A stretch of DNA of 64,000 nt from an uncultured Pseudobdellovibrionaceae bacterium (GTDB taxonomy: Bacteria; Bdellovibrionota; FAC87; UBA2466), in contig CAZTDN010000004.1 of NCBI GenBank assembly GCA_964611895.1, positions 64,301 through 128,300 on the forward strand, read 5' to 3'. The notes beneath the pieces were generated by a model, which searched no databases, was not told where the DNA came from, and saw only the letters and a list, made by a program, of their open reading frames with translations. This document shows positions 47,367-55,802 of the stretch, piece by piece; the stretch's first letter is position 1, and every line of letters begins with the position of its first letter. The translations under genes and the position numbers were made by a program.

Positions 47367-48543
47367 ATCGTCTGCATTGGCATTTTTGTTTTTTTTCGAG
47401 TCTTTCTTCGGAGTTCAATACCAAGATCCGCAAAACTCGGTTTTTAATCCGAATAATCTAGTTTTGAGAACCCCCACTTGGCGAGGATTTGTCGACCTTC
47501 GGCCTGAAGCCAAGATCAAACTTCAACCCCGATGGGAGGCGATCTTTCGCCCTCGTTTCATCGGCCGCGCAAACGCAATCAACGGGAATTGGGAAAGTGC
47601 CTTTGCCTTTCAGTTTGATGAAGCAAGCGTGCACTATTCTCCTTCAGATACGCTGCAGTTCGTTGCTGGGGTACATTATTACCAGTGGGGCCCGGGGGAG
47701 TTCTTCAGTCCTAGCAACCCGTTCATCCATTTTCAGCTCGATCAGCGCTCTGTGATTTTTCGACAGCAAGGGCGAGTGCTCTTGCGCGCCAGCCGCATGA
47801 TAGGCTCCCAAAGCTCGCTGGATGTTTTGGTAGAACCTCTGTCAAACAACCAAACTCCTTGGATTGCCGGCGAACCGTTTGCGCCCAAATTCATGTTCAA
47901 GGGTGAAACTGCCTGGGGAGCTGGCAATAGCCTGGGAGGAACATTGGGTTCGATGGATCGCCAGGTGCTTTTTTGTGGCGAGTATTTCAATTTGTATCTG
48001 TCAGACAGCGTTTCGCTCTATTTCGATGGAAGGCAAACGATAGGCGCACCGACTTATTACCCTTCGAGTGATGGTTTGGGAGGCTATAGTTTGCAACCAG
48101 GCACTCCAAACCAGGGAGACCTACACAGCCTTTTTTTGACCGGTTTGCGGCACGAAGGTTTTTTGGATACTCGCCTGGAGTACCTCTTTAATAGTTATGG
48201 CTATTCTAGCACTCAAGATTCGTTGGGTCGGCTGGCAGCCGCCCAAAATCCCGCCCTACTGGGACTCTCTCTATCCCCAGGCTTGGAGTTGCGGCACACC
48301 CACTATCTCTACGCTTCTATTCGAACCGACAAACTAGGAAAAGGGGATGAACTTCGCATCGCTTTGCGTTACCTGCATTCTCTGACCGACGGCTCAGGTT
48401 CTGTTTTTTCGGCGATAGAATGGTCGGTTGGCGAAAGGTGGACACTTATTATGGAGCCCATGTTTTCGCATGGGGGATCGCAATCGGAATTTTCGGCAAC
48501 TCCAAAATGGAGCCTTTTCACTCAGGCGCGCCTGGCGCTTTAA
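47359..48543 (+). CDS. putative outer-membrane beta-barrel protein
   Basis: 394 aa. N-terminal signal-like segment. Tyr/Gly/Phe-rich alternating strands. 8-nt overlap with permease 2. Confidence 0.55.
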   Translation: MFKSSALAFLFFFESFFGVQYQDPQNSVFNPNNLVLRTPTWRGFVDLRPEAKIKLQPRWEAIFRPRFIGRANAINGNWESAFAFQFDEASVHYSPSDTLQFVAGVHYYQWGPGEFFSPSNPFIHFQLDQRSVIFRQQGRVLLRASRMIGSQSSLDVLVEPLSNNQTPWIAGEPFAPKFMFKGETAWGAGNSLGGTLGSMDRQVLFCGEYFNLYLSDSVSLYFDGRQTIGAPTYYPSSDGLGGYSLQPGTPNQGDLHSLFLTGLRHEGFLDTRLEYLFNSYGYSSTQDSLGRLAAAQNPALLGLSLSPGLELRHTHYLYASIRTDKLGKGDELRIALRYLHSLTDGSGSVFSAIEWSVGERWTLIMEPMFSHGGSQSEFSATPKWSLFTQARLAL

Positions 48544-49162
48544 CCGGCAGTCGGTCTGTCCCCACCATATCTGCGGCGACTTTAATTACCGGCGCAAGCA
48601 ACGCTTTCATACCCTCGGGAATGGGGGCTTTGAAATCATTCAACGCAAGATCGAAAAAGGCAGCGATTTTTATCAGGTTCCCAGAAAGGCGTTGCTGAGT
48701 GAACTCGGACTCTGGGTAGTAGGTGACCCGGGTTTGCATTTCTTGTCGACGAGATACCCCGCGAGCCGACAGCACACCACTAACGCGAGCGCTGACGGTT
48801 TTACCAGCAATAAGCTCCGACGAAGAGGCTTCCACAAGCTTATCCAATTTGTAAAAAGCACCCGGGTACTCCGCCACTCCGAGCACAGCATCGCGAATTT
48901 TTACCTGTTTAGAATCCGGACCCGTTTCAAATGAACGGACATCCACTTCAAACTCTCCCTTGATTCCTGCTTTGATGTTTTGGGGGTCCAGCTCAATCCA
49001 GCCGTGTGGAAAATGAGAAACCGCAATGGTTTTTTCGAGAGCCGCATCCGAAGTCCACTGAAGAACATTGCGAAAGGCAAGATCCTTCACTTCAAAGCGC
49101 GTCGCTTTCGCATACGCAATGCAACCCAAACACGCTAAAACAAGGGTCGGCAGCTTTCTCAT
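48518..49162 (-). CDS. YceI-like periplasmic protein
   Basis: Start at MRKLPTLVLACLGCIAYA (49162). VDVRSFETGPDSKQVKIRDAVLGVAEYPGAFYKL resembles the YceI core. Confidence 0.5.
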   Translation of the reverse strand: MRKLPTLVLACLGCIAYAKATRFEVKDLAFRNVLQWTSDAALEKTIAVSHFPHGWIELDPQNIKAGIKGEFEVDVRSFETGPDSKQVKIRDAVLGVAEYPGAFYKLDKLVEASSSELIAGKTVSARVSGVLSARGVSRRQEMQTRVTYYPESEFTQQRLSGNLIKIAAFFDLALNDFKAPIPEGMKALLAPVIKVAADMVGTDRLPVKAPGAPE

Positions 49163-49203
49163 CGCGTTTAAAGTTATAACCACAAGGGAATTTTGTCTAC
49201 CGA

Positions 49204-50232
49204 TCACCAGTTTATCTTGAATATCTTCACGGACTGGCCATCGACGTTTGCATACAGATACGCATCGTCGGGAGAGACGGCAAAGGTGCGAGGACTTCCG
49301 GCGGCAAAGTACGCAACATTTTGACCATTCGAATCAAAAACATAAATCCCCTGAGCACTCGCCACTCCACCGGAGACTGAGGTATTTGTCGGTTCGTGTT
49401 GCACATAAAGGTAACGCGAGGTCGAAACCACATTGGTAGCATTGAGCGCTAACGTGGAACCGATTTTCTGCAAAAGTCCATTTGCACCGATGCTATAAAT
49501 GACTAAGCGATCCCGAAATCCGACATAGACTTGATTGCCATAAACCGCAGCTCCCATCGCACAGCAAACCGCTTGTCCGGGGTTCGAACCATAGGCGTCT
49601 TTGGCCATGCTCTTAAGTGTGCCCTGCGCCAAATCCCACGTATAAAGGAAATCTTGTCTGGTAAATCCGTACAATATCGGTCGGCTTGGGTGCACCACCA
49701 TGGCCGAGTAAATATAGGCTCCATCGGCTTGGATAGGCCCGCTAGTGTTTGCACTCGGGTAGCGCTGTACTTCTACTGGAGTCGCCGTTTGAGACATACT
49801 CACCACGCTGAGCCCTTTGCTTCCGCTCATGAATGCGACTTGGTTGTAAATCGCAAGCGCTCCCGATGCATAATATTCCTGGATCCAGTTCCCAATCGGA
49901 CTGAAAGTATCAATCTGACTGCGCATCGTGAAAGTGATGGAAGGGTTTTCCATGTCTTGAGCGATTTCCAACCGGCTAAACCCCATGGGCCTTCCGGTCA
50001 TAAACAAAGATCCGCCATGCATCGTGATTTGATCGGCGTAAGTGGCTTGGGCCTGACCGTTAACTTTGTAACGAATATCGCCGCGAGCAGTGAGTTTGGT
50101 ACTTGCAGAAGAGCTTAAAGTCTGCGCGGAAATCTCAGCAAAGGTCGATGGCCGGCCATCTGTGCAAGCCGAGATCAAAGTGACGGCGCCGAAAGCTAGT
50201 GGTAAAGCAGCCTGTCGAAAAAAATTACGCAT
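49204..50232 (-). CDS. beta-propeller lipoprotein with LVIVD-like repeats
   Basis: Start at MRNFFRQAALPLAFGAVTLISAC (lipobox). Repeated motifs GLSVVSM, RLVIYSI, GIYVFDS, SVKIFKI. Confidence 0.55.
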   Translation of the reverse strand: MRNFFRQAALPLAFGAVTLISACTDGRPSTFAEISAQTLSSSASTKLTARGDIRYKVNGQAQATYADQITMHGGSLFMTGRPMGFSRLEIAQDMENPSITFTMRSQIDTFSPIGNWIQEYYASGALAIYNQVAFMSGSKGLSVVSMSQTATPVEVQRYPSANTSGPIQADGAYIYSAMVVHPSRPILYGFTRQDFLYTWDLAQGTLKSMAKDAYGSNPGQAVCCAMGAAVYGNQVYVGFRDRLVIYSIGANGLLQKIGSTLALNATNVVSTSRYLYVQHEPTNTSVSGGVASAQGIYVFDSNGQNVAYFAAGSPRTFAVSPDDAYLYANVDGQSVKIFKINW

Positions 50233-50503
50233 AAGCTTCTCTTTCCTTACTCTACATAAGGTGCAAGCTCTGCACCAACTTACCCCTATTGAAACGATTG
50301 ATTTTTTCGACGTTGGCAGAGTGCGAAAGTGTTCTCCCTCCAACCGTGTGACCACGGTGTATACAAAGGGTTTCTCCGCCGTATACGGGCTCCCTGTCTA
50401 ACAATTTGACACCTCTAGGAACACACTCCAGTGCGTATGATGCCTTTGGCACCCCTTGCATTGTGCACTGACTTGGGCCTTTGTGCCCTGTTTAGGAGGA
50501 AGT

Positions 50504-51139
50504 GTGAGGCAGTTTGTTCGGTTCTTTACCAGCCCGGCAGTTTTTGTGAATCAGCTGCAGTGGTCACGCAACCATGGTTGGATTTTGTTGACGTTTCTCC
50601 TCTTGGCCGTTGCTGAATCTCAAATCGCCAGCACTCGCGCGCTCAATGTCCAGCTATCTTGGTTACTCAGTGTCGAAACCGGTTGGGGGCGAGACCAAGC
50701 TTTGTTTGCCGTAATGGCCGCCCGCATTGCGGCGCTGCTTTTGGGATCCATCGTGCTGACTGAACTTTTTTGGTTGGTGGGTTCTCAGTTAGGAAAAAGC
50801 AATAGCAAGAGAGTCCTTCAACGGCGAATGGCCGTTGTATTTACATTTCTGCTGGCTAGCTATGTCCTGACCACGGTGCTGCCTAGCGATCAACAGTACA
50901 TCGCAGCTATTTTGTTTGGCTGGGGCGGACTACTGAGTTACGTCACTTTCCGAGAGCACTTTGGTCTGAACCGAATGGTTGCCCTTTTGGTTGGGTTAGT
51001 CGCGGTGGCATCCATTGCGTGGAGCTGGCAAAGCGCAGAACGCTATGTTTCGGTCACCGCCTCCAAAGCGATCTCAGAAAAAGTGAGCAAATCTCACTCA
51101 GCACGGTCGCACAAAGTCCGTCGCCATCGCTACCGTTAA
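50504..51139 (+). CDS. integral membrane protein, hypothetical (about 5 TM)
   Basis: GTG 50504 lies 4 nt after AGGAGG (50494-99). Multi-TM with a basic C-terminal tail KSHSARSHKVRRHRYR. Confidence 0.55.
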   Translation: MRQFVRFFTSPAVFVNQLQWSRNHGWILLTFLLLAVAESQIASTRALNVQLSWLLSVETGWGRDQALFAVMAARIAALLLGSIVLTELFWLVGSQLGKSNSKRVLQRRMAVVFTFLLASYVLTTVLPSDQQYIAAILFGWGGLLSYVTFREHFGLNRMVALLVGLVAVASIAWSWQSAERYVSVTASKAISEKVSKSHSARSHKVRRHRYR

Positions 51140-52251
51140 GGGATGGATGCGATCCCGCGTTGCGGAGCCCGTTCTTTTTTAATTCCACGCCATTTTGAAA
51201 AACTATGATAATTGCGTGCGGCGACTTTGAATATGGTCTGCCCGCGCAGATGTGTTACCCCTAACGCCTTCAGATCCATTCGGGACATTCCCTGAGTAGG
51301 ATCTGCTTTCTCCGCTAGCGCCCCATCTGAATCGTTTTTCTCAAACCCAGATACTATAGGATTTCGAGCTTCGGAGTACAGTGCCCCGGCCCGCGCCTGA
51401 TCCAACACCGCACTGGAAGCAGACTCGCTACTGGAAGCGGACTCGCTCTGTACGGCGCCCGTGCCTAAGCCAGCACCTGTATTGGCAGCGGCGGCGTTCG
51501 TGCTGCCATCGGAGTTCAGTCCCGCGTCCTCGTTTACCCCCAACCCCACGCCACTGAGAATTTCTTGAATATCGTCGCCTGACGTGTCGCTTAGAGTGGC
51601 CGCTTCTTGCGTTGTCAAAGTTGAAGGATCTTTCCCCAACGCTCGAGCAACCTTGTCTGGCGTGGTGAGATCGCCATTGGCTAGCGTTTGCAAAAAGGAA
51701 TCGGGGTCCACACCATAATGGATCAGCGCAGCTTCAACCTGCGGTGTTTTGAGCTCCTTAGCCGTGGCGATCGGATCATACTGATCCTGTCGCCAGCTTT
51801 GATCGGCATTGGCAAGCAAGGTATCTCGCATGCTGCTATGGTAAGACGCCGTTTTTCGATCGCTCTTAGCTTGAGCAAATTCTTTTCCTGCAAGGCCCAT
51901 TAAACGCGCACCCTCCGCCCATTGAGACAACCCAAAAGCCACAGCGGCGGCGGCGGTGAGCGCAGCGCCAGCGGCAGCGGCGGCTTTGTTCCCGGCCTCG
52001 TGTTGACGAACGAGATCCTGGTACTTGTACTCGCGACCATTTTGTCCGTTAGCAATAGAGTTATCAAAAATCGTCGAAGCATTTTGATAGAAACGCGAAT
52101 CCTCAGGCTTGGACTGGGAATTCCTTAAGACCGTACCGGGAACAGCATTCAAAAATGGATTATTGTTTACTCCACCAGTAAAACTCTCTGCGATCAAAGT
52201 TCTATTCAAGAAAAGCAGCACAATGGCAAATTTTCTCATGCGATTCGTCAT
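51136..52251 (-). CDS. hypothetical secreted protein, Ala/Ser/Gly-rich
   Basis: 371 aa. Signal-like N-terminus. Internal Ala-rich hydrophobic block AAAAAGAALTAAAAVAFGL. ATGA overlap with the upstream gene. Confidence 0.6.
   Translation of the reverse strand: MTNRMRKFAIVLLFLNRTLIAESFTGGVNNNPFLNAVPGTVLRNSQSKPEDSRFYQNASTIFDNSIANGQNGREYKYQDLVRQHEAGNKAAAAAGAALTAAAAVAFGLSQWAEGARLMGLAGKEFAQAKSDRKTASYHSSMRDTLLANADQSWRQDQYDPIATAKELKTPQVEAALIHYGVDPDSFLQTLANGDLTTPDKVARALGKDPSTLTTQEAATLSDTSGDDIQEILSGVGLGVNEDAGLNSDGSTNAAAANTGAGLGTGAVQSESASSSESASSAVLDQARAGALYSEARNPIVSGFEKNDSDGALAEKADPTQGMSRMDLKALGVTHLRGQTIFKVAARNYHSFSKWRGIKKERAPQRGIASIP
51412..51447. repeat. 18-bp tandem duplication inside CDS
   Basis: ACTGGAAGCAGACTCGCT followed by ACTGGAAGCGGACTCGCT (17/18 identical). 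Encodes SESASS-SESASS on the minus strand. Confidence 0.85.
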
Positions 52252-53558
52252 TTTTTTCCCCTATCGCAGTTCAACGCCCCAGTTGAACACAAGCCGATCA
52301 AAGTAAGTCCCATTGGACGAGAGAACGCGGGCTCTTGCTTGGCGGCAGAAGGCGCTGTCTCCGAACTAAACATAGAAGCGCTGTAGAGGCTGGCCGCCGC
52401 AGGAGCAAAAGAATTTTCATAGGAATCGTCGTCAGACTCGGGGGAATAAGTCCCCCCTTCTCCTGCGTTTGAAGACAAGTATGTCGTTCCACGACTCAAA
52501 GTGTACTTCGGACTCACAAATCCCATCGGTGTTTGTCCCACCTGAAAAACCCCATCATCTGTCGACGAAACCGAAGCGGCACTGGCTGCACCCACCTGCG
52601 CTGGAAAGCCTCCCGCGTTCGCCCCAAAAGGCATGATGGGTGCGGTTGCCGCCACCGCCCCAGGATTTCCTGCAATCGCTGGCGGAAGGGATTGAGTCGA
52701 TGAAAAAGCAGGGGCCGAAGCAAAGCGGGCGGGGACACTGGGGCTTAGATTTACCGGAGCGGCTCCGCTCTGAGTCGACAGTCCATTTGGCAACCCAAAG
52801 CTGCCATTATAAGGGACCACCAAAGGATCAAACAGGCTTGCAACCGTGGGCTGGTTACCCGCCGCCGGAAGAACGACTATCGGTGGGGGATTGGTGGCCG
52901 CCGTGTTCATGGCCATCCAGCGCGGGTCCATGGGCATCGGCATCGGAGCCGGCGCCATCGGCGCAAAAGCCATTGGGGCCATATTCATGGGTTGCTCGCC
53001 TGGGCCCATCGCAAAACCCTTAAGCAGATTTTCAAATAGCATTCGACGCTGTTGTGCGCGGGTTTCCGCCAGAACCTGCTCTCGATCTTTGGCATCCATC
53101 CGATCGAGCAGAATATTGCGCGCAATACTGGCCAGCTCCTGCTCCGGAGGGGGAGGCAAAAAAGGTAAGGCTTTATTGATGTCATTGAGGAGTTGACGCT
53201 GCTGAACTTTTCTTACTTTAGGCAGAACCTCCAACACGCGTTCGAGTACTTCTTCGTTCACATTCACCAGGGCATTGGTCTCGATGTAAAAACGGGTCAG
53301 GGCTCGATCGCCAAGTTCTTGAAGGGCCGCTCGAACCCGGCGTTGCGCGAGCTCCATTTCGGCGACGGTTGCGACCACAATGGGTTTTCGAGCAATGGGC
53401 GCGGCAGCGATTGCCGCGGCCGGGTTGGCGGCATGATCGGCCAAGGCTTTTGGCTCGCGTGCAACTGTCAAATCCGTATACGGAATGAACACACCACACA
53501 AACACAGCCAGCCAAAAAAGCCGGGCAGGATCCGTCTTATTTTCAATGCCTTGCGCAT
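52248..53558 (-). CDS. hypothetical envelope protein with Met/Pro/Ala-rich low-complexity core
   Basis: 436 aa. N-terminal anchor/signal. Segment PMNMAPMAFAPMAPAPMPMPMDPRWMAMN. Long Pro/Ala/Ser-rich C-terminal half. Confidence 0.6.
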   Translation of the reverse strand: MRKALKIRRILPGFFGWLCLCGVFIPYTDLTVAREPKALADHAANPAAAIAAAPIARKPIVVATVAEMELAQRRVRAALQELGDRALTRFYIETNALVNVNEEVLERVLEVLPKVRKVQQRQLLNDINKALPFLPPPPEQELASIARNILLDRMDAKDREQVLAETRAQQRRMLFENLLKGFAMGPGEQPMNMAPMAFAPMAPAPMPMPMDPRWMAMNTAATNPPPIVVLPAAGNQPTVASLFDPLVVPYNGSFGLPNGLSTQSGAAPVNLSPSVPARFASAPAFSSTQSLPPAIAGNPGAVAATAPIMPFGANAGGFPAQVGAASAASVSSTDDGVFQVGQTPMGFVSPKYTLSRGTTYLSSNAGEGGTYSPESDDDSYENSFAPAAASLYSASMFSSETAPSAAKQEPAFSRPMGLTLIGLCSTGALNCDRGKK

Positions 53559-53744
53559 AAAACTTCGAATTCCGTTCTCCGGTACAAGGACTTAGAATTG
53601 CAAAGCGGGAGCCGTTTTTTTATCCAATGATTTCAAGGGGCTATATTGACTGGAGGGCGGCTCAGGCACACAGCCCTTCCAACCCCTTGGAGCTATTCGG
53701 TTTTATCGTGACGAGGAAAAAGACAGTGCAAAAAAAGTACGCGG

Positions 53745-54500
53745 TTAAGATTCGGCACGAACCGGAGCGGGTGTGGTGCCAGGCCGAGGAGGGAGCATTT
53801 CTACGCGCCGGCTCGTCGAATAAAGCGTTTCGCTGATAATTTTCAGCATGCGCTGTTTCAGAGCATAGTCTGCTGAAACGGACGGGCGAAAGTTGGTCAC
53901 AATATCCCGGCACTCGCCTAGCTTGCGGTAGGTCTCTTTATCGTTCAGGGGTTGAAGAGCCAAATCCCCGTGGATCGCCGACAGCTCCATGTAGTCTTGA
54001 CGACGGATCTTGCCCACTGACAAAGGCCCCCGCGCCTCTTTGACTCGGATTAAAAACTGGGACGTTGGATCTTCTTGATCCAAATAGGTGAAGAGCACTG
54101 CGTCCGAGTCGTCCACCCAAAGCTCGCTCTCGTTCAACCCATGAAAATGCCGAATCCCGCCGTCTTTCCAATCCTGAATGATCGATTCCCCGATTTTTCT
54201 GGGGGACAAAAAAGATCTCAAATGCGCGCGCACACTCGGGACCAGGCGAGAAAAATCCAATCGGACCCACCCATCCCCCTGCCCCTTCACGGTGGCGTCC
54301 AGAGTGAATTTGCTGCGTTCCAGTTCGAAGTCCAGAACAACGACCTGGCCCTCCTGCATCAGCGCGAACGCTCCTTCACTCTCTACGACGGCGCGAATAT
54401 ACGAAACGTCCAATACGCGGGTCGCGGCCTCCCCATTCTTGACCCAACATTTTTGGATGGAAACGGGATTGACTAAGACTCTTCCAGGTATGGTTTGCAT
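53745..54500 (-). CDS. hypothetical cytoplasmic protein (N-terminus weakly PilZ-like)
   Basis: 251 aa. ATRVLDVSYIRAVV resembles the DxSxxG half of PilZ, but no RxxxR is present. The call is tentative. Confidence 0.5.
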   Translation of the reverse strand: MQTIPGRVLVNPVSIQKCWVKNGEAATRVLDVSYIRAVVESEGAFALMQEGQVVVLDFELERSKFTLDATVKGQGDGWVRLDFSRLVPSVRAHLRSFLSPRKIGESIIQDWKDGGIRHFHGLNESELWVDDSDAVLFTYLDQEDPTSQFLIRVKEARGPLSVGKIRRQDYMELSAIHGDLALQPLNDKETYRKLGECRDIVTNFRPSVSADYALKQRMLKIISETLYSTSRRVEMLPPRPGTTPAPVRAES

Positions 54501-54623
54501 TTGCGGGCAGTGTAAGAACCCACACCGGCGAATTCAACCTAATTCCATACCGCCCTTCTCTACCGGTTTACCCCACCGCCTGAATGGGCTATTTTCTATT
54601 CTTTACAACCGGGGGCCAACACC

Positions 54624-55802
54624 ATGTCCGATCCCATTGTCTTTGTAGCCGCGAAACGCACTCCCTTTGGAGCTTTTGGCGGGAGCTTTAAAAACCTCAC
54701 AGCCACAGACCTTGCGGTTACCGCGGCGCAATCGGCGATCGCTCAGGCGGGTATCTCTGGGGACGCGGTCCAGCACGTTCTGTTTGGCAATGTGCTGCAA
54801 ACCTCTGCCGATGCGATTTACCTAGCACGGCACGTGGGACTGCGATCTGGAGTTCCCATCCCAGTGCCAGCTGTCACTCTGAACCGACTCTGCGGTTCTG
54901 GGTTTGAAGCCATCATTCAAGGCGCTCGACTCATTCAAACAGGGGAAGCGCAGTGCGTGCTGGTTGGGGGGTCGGAGAGCATGACGCAATCACCCTACGT
55001 ACTCCGGGGCGCTCGATCGGGGTATCGCTTAGGAAATGCTGAACTGGAGGACAGTCTCATGGCGGGGCTTTTCGATACCATTCCCAAAACCCCCATGGCG
55101 ATAACGGCAGAGAACCTGGCGGTACAACACGGAATCTCGCGTCAGCTTTGCGATGAATTTGCCCTTCGCTCCCAAAATCTCACTCAAAAAGCTTACGACG
55201 CAGGTCACTTTTCGGACGAACTGACCCCCGTCATTCTGCCCTCCAAATCTGGAGAGACTAAAATTGAAACCGACGAGCACCCGAGGAAAGACGCTTCGAT
55301 TGAGGGACTGCAAAAACTCAAACCCGTCTTTAAGAAGGACGGAGTGGTCACCGCCGGAAATGCGAGTGGAATGGTTGATGGGGCGTGCGCGCTCGTATTG
55401 ACTTCGCACTCTTTCGCCCAACAAAAAGGGCTAAAAATATTGGGCACACTATTGGCCTCCCATGTCGTGGGATGCGAACCGAGTATTATGGGAATCGGTC
55501 CCGTTCCTGCGGTTCAAGGTTTGCTTCAACGTGCGGGCAAAACTCTGGCCCAGATGGACTTGATCGAAGTGAACGAGGCGTTCGCCGCACAAACCTTGGC
55601 CGTCGAAAAAGTTTTGGGTATTCCGCGCGAAAAACTCAATACGGATGGTGGGGCAATTGCAATTGGTCACCCACTCGGAGCCAGCGGCGCACGCATCGCA
55701 ACGCACTTACTCTACGCCTTGCGCCGCAAGGGCGGTGGACTAGGATTAGGAACAGCGTGCATCGGCGGGGGCCAAGGGATTGCGGTTCTTATCCAAGCAT
55801 AA
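54624..55802 (+). CDS. acetyl-CoA C-acetyltransferase (thiolase II)
   Basis: NRLCGSG active-site Cys, NEAFAAQ, and a GHPLGASGAR...CIGGGQG C-terminus. Confidence 0.93.
   Translation: MSDPIVFVAAKRTPFGAFGGSFKNLTATDLAVTAAQSAIAQAGISGDAVQHVLFGNVLQTSADAIYLARHVGLRSGVPIPVPAVTLNRLCGSGFEAIIQGARLIQTGEAQCVLVGGSESMTQSPYVLRGARSGYRLGNAELEDSLMAGLFDTIPKTPMAITAENLAVQHGISRQLCDEFALRSQNLTQKAYDAGHFSDELTPVILPSKSGETKIETDEHPRKDASIEGLQKLKPVFKKDGVVTAGNASGMVDGACALVLTSHSFAQQKGLKILGTLLASHVVGCEPSIMGIGPVPAVQGLLQRAGKTLAQMDLIEVNEAFAAQTLAVEKVLGIPREKLNTDGGAIAIGHPLGASGARIATHLLYALRRKGGGLGLGTACIGGGQGIAVLIQA

Noticed and set aside
50233-50503. 271-nt divergent intergenic region scanned for an sRNA or riboswitch. It contains small hairpins GGTGCA/TGCACC and CCGTG/CACGG, and a TTGACA box.
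   Set aside because: The stems are short. No -10 element lies at proper spacing from TTGACA, and there is no terminator-like end. The evidence is insufficient.
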